A stretch of 43,188 nt of DNA, from positions 1 through 43,188 of the forward strand of contig FLMG01003852.1 of NCBI GenBank assembly GCA_900088475.1, written 5' to 3'. The position numbers and the translations under genes were made by a program. The notes beneath the pieces were generated by a model that worked only from the letters and a program-made list of their open reading frames with translations, had not been told where the DNA came from and ran no database searches. Numbering within the stretch: the stretch's first letter is position 1; every line of letters begins with the position of its first letter. This DNA comes from Hyphochytrium catenoides (taxonomy: Eukaryota > Protista > Hyphochytriomycota). Shown piece after piece: positions 1 to 11,558 of this stretch.

Positions 1-599
1 AGTTGTCTACTTTTTTATGAGATGGGGATGGATGTCAGCACGACCACAGTGGCGTGTGAAGACGCTTGCTGCTAGAACCGCCGCATCACATCGCTCCTAA
101 TCTTTTTATAAAATTCACTCCCCCTGTATCACTCTGTGGATCATCGTCATCATCACGGCATCCTAGCAAGTACATGTATCGGGCGGAGCACCAAGAAGCT
201 GCTCTATCTATCATTCTGTTCCTGATTCTTATTGAGGGTTACAAGAGCATCATCCTCTCTGTTTGGACGACCGAAAACAAGTATACAGAAAGGTCTAGGA
301 CCAACAACTACGGAGCAAGCTGATGTTTTTTGATACGGAGTGCAGTTCTATGGGGGGGGAATACAGACAAGGAGTACACAACTATTGTGTGCTTTGTGAA
401 GGACCTTCCTTAACAGGAACTATGAACTATGCAGATATTTGAGGCAACAAGCCCAAACCAGGGGAGGATGGCAGTTCCTGTTCCATCGTGTCATGCTGGT
501 TCGTTGATCCTTGGATGCTGATGCCTGGACGCTGCTGCTGTCTTGTTGTTGGACCACCAGATTTAAGAAGGGAGTTGTTGTTTTACAACACAAGTATTC

Positions 600-3250
600 A
601 AGATGAATGGTCCCTCCTGTACAGATTGTCGTACAGATTACTCATACACTTTGTTGTCTTGCATGCATCAAACTGACTCTTTCTGATACCCAGTGTAAAG
701 GAGCTTCATGTATGACGGCCTGTCAGAAAAAATGCCTTTGATCTGCAGAACGAACAATGTCGTTCGGCGGGATTGGTGGCGGCTTTCGCACTTTTTTTGT
801 AACCAGTGATAGCTGGGTCCCAGCAGGTGGAATGGCCTGTCTTTGTACCAAGAAAAATGCCGTCCATTCTTTGTGATTTCAGTTCTCTTTCTGCGGATCA
901 TGGAGAAGCATAACAGGAATCAGGTTAGGTTCTGACACTTTGTTATCCAGTCTCTTGCGATATGGTGGAGGTGGTAGACTTCGTGGGCTCCGATCCGTCC
1001 AATAGTTCGTCCCTTATTGCTTGCTTTTATTAGTTCTTCTATTATGGGCTTCTGGGATGGCTGCCAGCAGCAACATCGGCGGAAAGCGATAGAGAGAATT
1101 TCCCGTTCTTGGTTGTCTGGCCTCAAGGGCAGGACTAGAACAACTGGGTACATATTGGAGATGATGGTGGTATAACGAAGAAGAAGGTTGACCGCAGTGA
1201 GCATTGAGTGGTACTAGGACAGCATGCTGCGAGAGGGCGACCTCCAGTACGGAAAGACGGACCTGTGTGGTGCTGGTTTGCTGGTAGGTAGTAGATTCAC
1301 CTAAGACCAAAAGTGCTGGTGCACTATCCTTACTACTTGGTCATACTGAAAATTGGAACCGTGTGTTTGTAGTAGTGCTGGTTAGTACAGCAGCGCGAAG
1401 GGCGTGTCACCAACACAATGAGGCTCAGCGCAACGTCCAATACCTACTTTATCATCATCAACGATCGCAAGAGTAACAAGGTAGTAGGAGGAGGAGAGGA
1501 GTACGACGAGAAGATACCCTCTTCTTCTGATCATCTATCATTTTGTAGAAGCGTCTGTTGCGTTGATAGTGTTGCGTTGATAGTGACCCATTCAGTAGAT
1601 AGATAGAGTGGGCTTCCAAACAGGATTTTTATTGCTACGGTATTAAGAGGATGGTGAGGCAAAAAGGCTGTACTGTACCATCTAGGTCGCCGATGAAGGT
1701 GAGCCGCCAATCATCAGCAAGCCTGCTTCTTTTCTTGACAAAGAGCCTTATCGGCATTTTTTGTGGACAAATTGTTCTGATCATCATATAGAACAACAAT
1801 GAATAACCCGCTCATCCATCATTCATGCTCCTCTTCCTTTCACACACAAGCGGATGTCAAGATGCTGCTGCTTAGTCTATTGGTACAGGCCCAAGACGAC
1901 AGATGCTGGAGTGTACACCAACAATCAGCAGCTCAGCAGCTCCCATGTCTGTAGTGCGTACCCGAACGAAGAGCTATCAGCAGGTAGAACTAATTGGTAG
2001 GGCATAGTTCGCAGTATTTCACTTGATGTCACAACAGGGTCGACAGCAAGCTAGTTAGAAAGGTCGTTGTAAGAAGGAAAACAGCATGCATGACTGGTTT
2101 CTACCTTTCAAACAGACATCGCAAGCATGAGTCAGCCAGGCTGCAATAGGGTCAGATTGGAAGACTATGACGACAATAAAGCAGGGCATTGGCAACAAAG
2201 CGTCATCATCGAATAGGACTGCTAGTCTGCACCACCTTATGGGACGTGGACCTAGATGAACGCCACCATCGGATTTGCTGTTTGCTCTATTGTTCTTCCT
2301 ACTGGTGGTATTCTCTTCTCGTCTGCTGATTACTTCCAGCAACAGAAGGGACTGAATTCTATATATAAGGTCCTATGGGATAATAGGCGTGCACCAGTTC
2401 TTCACTGTACACGTTGGAAAGAGAATCAGTGTTCAAAGACCTCGTGTCCTATCATGGTGGGGACTAAAAAATTGAGAGTGGTCGGTGAAACAAGCGAGCT
2501 TGCTTGAATCCAGATAAAGGTCGGCTTTGAGTAGTGAGAGCCAGAACATGCAGCGCGGCGGCGTCGGTCTCCTGCTCACTTGTGGCGTTGTCCGAAAACT
2601 TCCCCTACTACTTTCTTCCGACTCCTTATGACCAGCACTGGGACAGCCACACCGCCTCAAAGAACTCAACCTGCTTGGGTCTAGTCCTATTTCAGCTACA
2701 ATGTGGACACCTTCTTTAACATATCGCTTCTTTTGACATATCACTACTCGTGACGGGATGGAACCTTGTCTCAAGCAGAGCCCAATGGCATAAGAGAAGG
2801 GACATCGTTGCTATGATCAACGATTCCGTAGACTGATGCACCCTCGACTTATATTTTGACTTCAAACCATATTCTTTCGCCTCCTTCCTGCTACTTCCCC
2901 TAGATGATGCTTGATGATGGGCCCACAACAATGCTCTCCGCTGTTGTATCAAGCATGCATACTAACCGTGACTGGCTATGTCAATGTGCTTTTGATCACC
3001 ACAACGGCGTGTTTGATGTAAGGGACACATTATTTTCCTAAGTGTGATGTTGGCTTGTACTACTGGAAGTATATCACCAGAAACTAGATACTCGAGAGAG
3101 GACTGCGACGTAATTATCAATAAATGACGGCGAAGTAGTTGCAAATTGCTTGACCCCGGTCATCAAGACTAGACATTGCACCATGGGGTTCTTCTATCGC
3201 TGACATGTGTGACCTTTGATGCCCTATATTGCTCAATGTTTGTCTCTGTC
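600..3250 (-). mobile_element. Heavily decayed Ty3/gypsy LTR-retrotransposon pol relic (RT-RNase H-integrase order), apparently interrupted at about 1340-1860
   Basis: Frameshifted minus-strand fragments occur in gypsy order. RT: FAVIY.DN and VVQANITLRKIMC (~3140-3020). RNase H: PVLVIRSRK...ATSEQE...FWLSLLKADLYLDSSKLACFTDHS (~2650-2475). Integrase Zn finger: GGVHLG...HACDVCLK (~2270-2105). Integrase core: RPF.LAVD (~2065-2040) and STTYQQT...VLEVALSQH (~1300-1220). A GPY-like LLGPSY lies at ~820. No intact ORF or LTRs were seen. Motifs were matched by eye. Confidence 0.5.
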
Positions 3251-3658
3251 ATCAGAGTCATGGCCGGATGTCTTATAGACTGAACACTATTAGCTACAAT
3301 TAACATCAAATTATATCAATACTGCTTTATCTTCTTCCTTGACATACTTCTCTTCACATGATGTATGGCAGAAAGGGCGCGGAAAAATAGGTCTAAATTG
3401 CGACGGACAGCCTTTGGCAAAATGTGATCTTCCCTTCTCTTTTCCTCATTTACCACCTTCAATGATTGAGATTACTGGCAACCGGAGCAGAAGTACTACT
3501 GATGTGTTGCGTACAGATCAACGATGCGTTGAGCTATGGCGTCTATTATAATAGCTTGGTATGGTACATAGTCTAAGCCTAATCTGTAACAACGGCGATA
3601 AGTGAGAACCACTTTCGGTGCTGTCGTCATCTATGGTGCAACATCAGCTAATCGCTTC

Positions 3659-5354
3659 TCAAGAAGCACTTGTCGCGCTTGCTCTTCGCTTACTGGGAGG
3701 AGACGAGGAAGAAGATGACGGTGCGAACACGCCGGCGCTGCTAGGCAGCTCGGATATTTTTTGAGAGTGAGGAGATGGTGCAAAGGATGAGGAAGAAGCA
3801 CTTGATGTCGCGGAGGGTCTGTTCTTCAACATCCTGGCGTGTAGAGTACAATAGCCACCTGGTCTTGCTCCCGTTGTGCAGTCGTCCATCTTACATTGTC
3901 CGCCACCATGGCGGATGCAAAGTCCTCCAGTCTTCGCCGAGTTATTGCAGCCCGAGTAGCCACATCTTTCTCCTCCCCCGTGCCTTTTACATAGCCCTCT
4001 GTCACAGGAGGGAACATAGCAGGATGGCAGAAAGAGGACGATGTGAGACTATGATAGCCGGCATAATGTTGAAATTCACAAACAGTTACCTGGTTTTTGA
4101 TATATTGGGGCAGCCCTCAACCGAGCATTTCCGCCGCCTGGGCCACTTCGTTGGCTTCCGCTCTCGGCCATGTCTGTCAATGGGTGGGGCAATCGCGGCG
4201 GAGCTTCTTCCTGACCTCGCAGCCGTCTTTGTCGTCGCAGTATCACTTACCGACGGCGCAGCTTCCGATGATTCTTCGGCAGATGAGGGATTCATCAAAA
4301 TGTATCCTTCTTTCTGTTTCTTTTTCGCTCCAGCTGATGTTCTTTCTTCATGCTGCACGTCGGCCTCCTGATGCAGCTCATGAGATGGCCTTGCTCCTGC
4401 GACATCCCCTGGTTGTTCTGCGTCTTCTTGGCATGACGCCTTCTCCATTTCCCTTCTGGTTGCCTGTTGTTTTGCTCTCTGGGTTGATCTATAGGCAACT
4501 CTTTCCACATGAAGAGCAGGAGAACCTGCCGAGTACTGGTCTCCAGTCCGTTCCCGTGCTCCTTCGGGGGACATCCTTGGCGGTTGTTTATTTAGTGACT
4601 CCTGTAACGATGAGCCTCTCTTCTCTACCTTTCTTATTAGCCGAGCTCCCTCTGGACGATCTCCGTGGGCATACGAAGGAAACCTTCCACTGGACCTTCC
4701 ACTGGATAAGGATTGGAAAGAACCATTGCGAGGATCGCCTGTGTAGTCCGCAGCGAGGTATGATTGACGAAATGAGAGGGGACCGGTAGAAGGAGACCTT
4801 GTAAGCGGATCGACTATACTCTCGCCAGCTTCTACGTCTTCTCTCCACCGAGAAGAGCTCCAATCGCGAGAGCTTCTTGTCACTCCCATCGGCGGCGGGT
4901 CATCGAGTGAACCGTAGACACCTCCACTTATAACACGAGGATAGTACCGAAAGTAACTGCTCTCACGGTCAGGATGAGGATATAGAGCCTCTGACCAAAA
5001 TGACGGCTGCAACCTCGCTGCGTCCCCTCTCATTCTTCCAGCAGCAGGATCGCTATGTGCGCGAGATCTCGAAGTACGTAATATTCCTCCGCTTCCTGCA
5101 TCGCCAGCGCGCGATGGCGGTAGAGGAAGAGATGGAGTCCGAAAAAGAGCCGGCGAAGAAGGAGCATCAGTCCCACCGCCGCCAGGGCTGTTGTTGAAAG
5201 GGCCAGAGCCAAACGCAGGAGAGGTATACCAGGAAATGTCAGGTCTCTCATCAAAGGCGAACTCCGAATCTCGAGCGTGAGCTAGACAGGTGCCATTGAA
5301 CTTTGCATATCTATAGCACCCATCCACAGAGCAAAGCTGGTTTCTTCGTGCCAT
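3659..5354 (-). CDS. WRKY19-like CX4C-X9-CX2H zinc-finger repeat protein, 534 aa; model complement(join(3659..3998,4090..5354))
   Basis: ORF 5354-4086 ends ...KCSVEGCPNISKTR at an AG|GTAA donor. A 91-nt intron ending gtgacag restores RGLCKRHGGGERCGYSGCNNSAKTGGLCIRHGGGQCKMDDCTTGARPGGYCTLH through to the stop at 3659. The spliced length of 1605 nt is in frame. There is also an N-terminal finger, CSVDGCYRYAKFNGTCLAH. Confidence 0.85.
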
Positions 5355-7874
5355 CGTCGTGACAGAAGTTCGACCTTGAATGATGAGAAGGAGGCTCTTC
5401 CTCTTCTTCTAGCCTTTCATTCCTAGTTCTGATGGACGTCACGCTTCCTTCAGCTGCCCGCCCTTCCCATTGGCAGCGCCAGTACTACTACTGTCGTCTG
5501 CTCCGTCATTCCTTTTACTATCGGATGCTCTTCATGGCTCCTGGAAGACGACCTAAGGATTTAATGGGCCGCTGCGTCCCGAAAACCAACATACAAGGCG
5601 ACTTAACAGCAGTATGTGGTTATTGCTGGGACGGAGCCGCCACAAAAAGAGAAGAGAAGACTGAGGACTCAGAGCTGCAAAAGGCACCAAAGGGACTAGG
5701 AATATCGATGAGCAAGTAAGGAGTAATGCAAGAAGAAGCGCCGTTTGTCCATCGAGAACCACCAACCAGCGCAGAAAGAGAAAACAGAGAAGAGAGGACT
5801 TACAAGAGAGGGGGTCGAAATGCAGTCAAATAGAGTGGTTCCAAGGTCAAATTATGGGGCGATTTGAAGATGCTGACATAGAGATGCCGACGCGCAGTCG
5901 ATAGAGTGAAACGAGAAGATCAAAGAGCCTAACAGATCGAAGCGAGCCTGCAGGAAGTGTGCAAGGACGATGATCACTGGCGGCGCCAAAGCAGCTGAGG
6001 CTCGCTCTTAGGAGAACAATGAAAATCGAGAGGACGAGAGGAAAGACGGATAAACAGCAGAGCGAAAGGAGGACGATGGAAGAGTTAGACCTTAATAGAA
6101 AAAGCTAGGGAAGATGCTCGTTCCGTTTTGCTTCCTCATGACAAAGAAATAGAGCTCTCCTTTTCTGCCATCTTCTATAGGCACGATAATGGACAAAACA
6201 TGTAGAGTTAAAGCGAAGACAGTCACAAGGAGAGCGAACTAATAGTAAGACGCTCTCCTATTACAGAAAGCATACAGAAGCTTATTTGGCCGCGACCGAG
6301 GTGACAGACAGGCATAAGCTGCATAACCCCTGCATAATAATCAAAACAAGAAAGGGAAGAAAGGAGTTGGACACGACCTTGCCTCATTGCATATCGAGAG
6401 AGACATCAGGAGGGTGTAACGAGCCCTTGCTGCCTCCCTCTCTCTCTCTCTCAAGCTATCCCTCCTTGCGCCATTCAACAGATTGAGACCAAAACTCAAG
6501 CAGAGTAGGGCAATGGCTAGCTTCATAGCGACAAGAAACTAGCTACTGAACACATCTCGAACAGGCACATGCTGCCCACCAAGAGAGGGATGGGAAGGAG
6601 GACATCGGCAACAGAAACAGGCGCTCAGGAAGGTGAGGAGATCCTTTAAAGCAGCCGGAGTAGGGCAAAAGCTTTGGACTTGTCACTTCGTAAGGGAAGG
6701 GTCGGCACTGGCCCTCTGTCTCACCCACTATTTCTGTGCCTCTCCTCGCTGTGGGCGGAGTGTGGAAGGCATAGCCTTCTAGATCCTTCAAGGTTTCTAG
6801 TATCCTCCAGTGAATTTTTCTTCTTATGGGTAGGTGCGGGAATAGAACACTAAGATGAACAGAAGAGGAAGCAACCATGTCGAGGTAAGAAGGGAAACAG
6901 CGAGGACAAAAGCCTGTCTTCTACTACGTGTACTAGGAAGGGTTTGCATCAAAGAGCATCCAAAGCGGAAGAAAGGGAGGGAAGTGCTGGTTCTAGCTAC
7001 AAAGCTGAAGAAAAATTAATTGGAGCTGCTGAAAGGGTGTGCTGTCTGCGTGTCTGCTTTCTCACTGAACCTATACTTCTTCTACCTATTGTCCACCTCG
7101 CCACCGTCTTGTGACCTATCCCTCTCTTTCCTCAACGCTTCGCCTCCTTCTTCTGCCACCACGGACAAGCTGACGTCAGCTCTTTCTCATCGCGGATATT
7201 GCTGATCAGTGAAGGTGCAGGATGTTAGGTCGGAAGGTGATCATCAGTAGACCCAGCAGATCCTTGATCCTTGTCCCCATCCGTCTGTCCACACAATATT
7301 CGCTAGTCTAGTGCTCACCTGCTGTCGCTCGCACCTCTCTCAGCTATAATTGGTCCTCACAGTCAACCCTTCCTGAAAAACGTCTCTCTCTGCACAGTCT
7401 CACATCCACTGTCAAGGATCTCTCCTTCCTCATCCACCATTCATTTTCCTCCTCCTTCCTTCCTTCTCTGTCCATACTTCACAGGCTTGTAGCCCTTGTA
7501 GGCGACGCCGCTCCTTCAGAAGGATGTCCAACTAGAGGTTCTTCTTCTGTGTTAGTCAGTAGTGGAGGTTCGAGAGAGAGGAAGAGGAGCTGGAAGAGGC
7601 GGCGTGTAAATAAGACAGAGCAAGCTGGACGGGCACGATATAACTGCATTTTTGTAAAGCATCACAACAAACAGGGAAGAAAAGAGTGGCCCCTTTAGCC
7701 TGGGTGCCGCAAGAGTGTGAGAACATGTACGGTTCACCTAGACGAGGTACGCGGTAGATAAGCTAAAAGACTGCTGAGGTAGTGAGACAGAGTTTACTAG
7801 CAAAATCAAGGGCTTGGAAAAGTTCCTCTGTCCTACTTGTAGTTTGGTCGGACTTACACTATACAGGCTAAGAT

Positions 7875-7909
7875 ATAGGCGATGTCTCTTCTCAGAAGAC
7901 ATCGCCTAT
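7875..7909. repeat. Perfect 13-bp inverted repeat (hairpin)
   Basis: ATAGGCGATGTCT (7875-7887), a 9-nt loop, then AGACATCGCCTAT (7897-7909). Confidence 0.9.
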
Positions 7910-9789
7910 CTACACGGCAGAACTTGAAGAGTCCCTCTTTACTTCCGCATGTGCTGGATAAACTTCATGGGCCAAATGTAACATGTGCAAGGAGGAAAAC
8001 AGAAGAGTAGTACAAGGGCGGCAGATCATGGCACTCCCTTTGACCTCATGGAGAATCATGAAGAGAACAGAGATGTTCGCAGGCCTCCTTCTAGCTCTAT
8101 AGCAGCATTTAGCCACGTCAGAGCCCCAGCGCTCCCACCCTCCTGTCCTTCATTGAGCTGTGTCAATTTTAGTGGTCAATATCAGAAACAACCCTGCGTT
8201 TGACTACTTATGGGTGATATCGCCTTTCAAAGGAAGAAGGTCCTGAACACCCACCCCTCCACCACCACATGCGACACGCTGGCAACCACCTCTGCCCCTG
8301 CAGAGACTTCTTCTCTTCTCAGTAGATCTTATTGAGCATTGTGCCAATTTTTATAGCCCACTAACAATCGTAGTCCCTTTTATAGTAAAAGATGTAGGAA
8401 ATTGCAACGTATCAGTCAGTGTCAAAATCATCATGATGATGGCGATGGGGATGGAAGATAGCCTCATCTGCCGCTCCCACTAATTCAAACGAAGAAGAAA
8501 CGAAAGCAGAGACTATTTAGTTCTATTATTGCCGATCTTTGCTGGCTGCTGCTTGTTGCTCGTGGCGTCGCTGCACCGGCTGGCTGTGTGGAGCGGCTCA
8601 ATCAATGGCTTTAGTTTGCTTGGAGATATTTAGGTCTGGAGACCGATAATTTGAAGGGCCTGTTGTCCTTACGTGGGTTAGGTTATAGGTTATGGCATGA
8701 TAGACACGAAGCACTCATGGTCTTATGGTCGGAGGAAGAAGAACATGGAGGAGGAATCATCGGTGGATGGATGGCTAGGAGCTGGGGAAAGGATAAAGAA
8801 CGTTACAGAGATTACTTTGTGCTGGCAACTTTGCCACGGATACGAGCAGTCATGATGGCTGGTGGCGGTGGTGGTGGTGGTCACCACTTATGTTAACTCT
8901 AGAGAAAAGAAAACATTCTCTAGTACTGTCATCAATTAGCTCTTCTTCTTCAATCAGCCGCAGGTTAATACAGCTCCAGACATCGTTGTGAGCATGATCA
9001 GCAGTAACTATTGAGTCTGCCACCTACTAGTGCTCGGCGGCGGCGGCTGAGACCATTATCATGCCTTCTTTTGCATTCAACTTTTTTCTTAATCCTACTT
9101 TCCTCTCAATCTGTTCTCGTCCTGCTACTACTTCTATTATGGCGCCAACGGCGGTGGCTCAGCAGCATCTATTGAAAGAACAGACAATATCAGAGAAGAT
9201 ATTGCTTTCCAGGTTCCACAGCTTGTTCTTGCCAATCCCTTGTTTATGAAATAGCACAACTGTTAGCTCGCACATCATTCTTCAACCGAAAAAAGGAACA
9301 TCAAATCAATGCGGAAGATGCTGTTGTTCTTCTCTTGCATGCACTGCTATAACCTTTTGCCTCTTTCTTGATTACGGACACGCATTCGCATCGTATGCAT
9401 ATCTTGGCGTCTATAGCTGGTGTAAGAAGTAGTATAAGAGGTAGACAGTTGACGGCGGGCATTCAAACAAATCTAGTTGTAATTTCTCAGCGTCGTTGCT
9501 ATATTTTCGACAATAGATAAATCAACCTCAGCGCATACTACGTACGCAGACAACTTCAACCGTGCCAAGAATCCAACAAGAGTTAACAATCGCATAATCC
9601 AATCTGATGACAGGAATTATTCGCCTCGAACTGTCGGTAAGGATCTGTTCCTCGAATTCTCCGTTGTTGATGGTTTGTTCCCGCCGTGGTTTCTGGTGAT
9701 TTCTTCCCTTTTTTACATCTTTCGATTCTTCATAGCACTTCTTTCGAAGGGGCTCTAAGCCCTACCTGCCCTCCTCCTCTTTTTACTTA

Positions 9790-10260
9790 GCTACACTCTT
9801 ACTTCTCTGCCTTCCATGGAGTTTAAAGCGTCCTCCTTGCTGGGTGAAGCATGAGCTGTGCATCGAGCTCCTCCTTTAAAAGTGTCGTCTGTATCAAGCT
9901 CAACAGCACCCCTGCAGGACTCCTGGCAATAACAAGAACAGGTTTCCGTAGAAACAGCTAGGCGGTGGTACCTAAGCGTAGCAAGGCTAAGAGTATTCAC
10001 CCAACAAAGACTTTGCGCCGGCTCGTCTTGCACCTCTGGGCCTTAAAGAAGGAACAATAATGGTTCATAGTGAGTTGTTTTTCAATAGTGTTGATCGCTG
10101 TTGGCGGCAAATGTCGTCATTGGACGTTTGGGATGCTGTGCGAATTGCTAGCTGGCTCAATGAGACTTCCTCTGCATCTCTTGTGTCACCCCTTGAATCG
10201 CTCAACCGTCCGGAGGTGGTGACGCCTTCTTTTAAAAGTGGTCCTCCGACGCACCACAAG
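9790..10260 (+). mobile_element. Possible decayed fragment of the pre-RT region of a CRE-like non-LTR retrotransposon
   Basis: Stop-riddled translation LPSMEF...VHRAPP...DSWQ...RWY..., RCWRQMSSLDVWDAVR, PEVVTPSFKSG loosely follows the region N-terminal to RT in CRE-clade elements. The match is weak and by eye. Confidence 0.3.
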
Positions 10261-10453
10261 GGCTTCTACCTTATAACTGTAGCGACTATAGAAGAAAAAC
10301 TGTTATCAAGGAACCAACGGAACTTTGTTGAGTTCTCGATTCCTTTATTTAGCTTTGACTCTCTCATTATACATTATAAACCTGAGAAGGCTACTGGAAG
10401 ATGATTGATGGTTTATAGTAGGGTAGAGTATACTTTGTTAAAGAAGGGATGTT

Positions 10454-11520
10454 GATAGCTACTACTAATAAGTAAGAAGAGGAGAAGAAGAAGAGGAGGA
10501 GAAGAAGAAGAAGAAGGAGACGAATGAAAGGAGAAGAAGAAGGAGGAAAAGAAGAAGAAGAGAAAAAAAGAGTAGACAAGAGCTACAAAACCCTGGACTC
10601 TATAACGCGTTCTCCTCCACCACCCTGACCATCAATGTCGGAAAAGGAAGAAGAACCATAGCTGAAGTCTTCCGCAATAATGATAGGAGATGGCGGAGGA
10701 GAAGAAGAAGACGGCATGGCGCCGAGACCATCATCATCATCGCGCTCAATCATGCAAGCTAGGGCGGCGTCCAACTGCCGAACAGAAATACGTTTCAGAA
10801 TCTGAATTGCACTCTTCTCTTAAAGAATCGCGAAAGAAGTTCTGGTGGTATGGAGAGTCAGAACCTTTGTTGCCAGCCGGGACCAATATAATGACGAAGA
10901 CGATGGGAAGCCTCAAGAGCGGCACGATCACTCTGAAGCCCGACCAGCTGTTGTACAGAGAGTCCAGGATCTGCGGCGCAGCACCACCAAAAGACTCCCA
11001 GACGAGCGCCAAAGATAGCCCCACAGCCCGGCAGGGACCCTTATACGCCCTCACCTTCACTTTCTCAGACAAACGACCTTGGTAGCCGGCATGGACTGCT
11101 GCATAGGAAGGGTTCTTAGACAAACGACCCTGGTAGCCGGCATGGACTGCTGCATAGGAAGAGGCAACAAAGCTGAGTCCTCTGGGGAGAGGTGGCAAGA
11201 TCGAGCCTCGCACCTACCTCATCAGGACGAGGAGAGAACACTGATGAAGCATAAGAAGAGACGAACGGAGCAGAACCAATGGGGACACCTACCAGCTCCA
11301 CACACCATCCCACCCACTAAACTAGAGACTGCCGCAGGGAAGCCTGGAAGACGCGCAAGGCCAGTCTTTGGCCACCACAACTCGCATTCGCCTAGGTTGA
11401 GCTCTAAGCCGATTTGGGGGCTGCGCTCTTGAAGTATATCAAGGGCCTTAGTGACATCCTCCACCCACCGAGCCAATAAGGCATCCATCTTCAAGGTACC
11501 ACATGTGGAGGTCTAAGGAC
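10454..11520 (-). mobile_element. CRE-clade (RLE-type) non-LTR retrotransposon relic, copy 1: 5'-truncated and internally deleted
   Basis: RT: SLDLHMWYLEDGCLIGS (YLDD changed to YLED, 11484-11501), EDVTKALDILQERSPQIGLELNLGECELWWP and VELVGVPIGSAPFVSSY. This joins the RLE tail SEKVKVRAYKGPCRAVGLSLALVWESFGG, then an acidic C-terminus and a (TTC)-rich 3' tail. Confidence 0.75.
11067..11161 (+). repeat. 44-bp direct repeat (period 51) inside CRE copy 1
   Basis: AGACAAACGACC(T/C)TGGTAGCCGGCATGGACTGCTGCATAGGAAG occurs at 11067-11110 and 11118-11161 with one mismatch. It is single copy in the sister element near 12112-12156. Confidence 0.9.
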
Positions 11521-11558
11521 TTTTTCAGAAAAAGTCGGCTCACTGCTTGAATTGTAGA

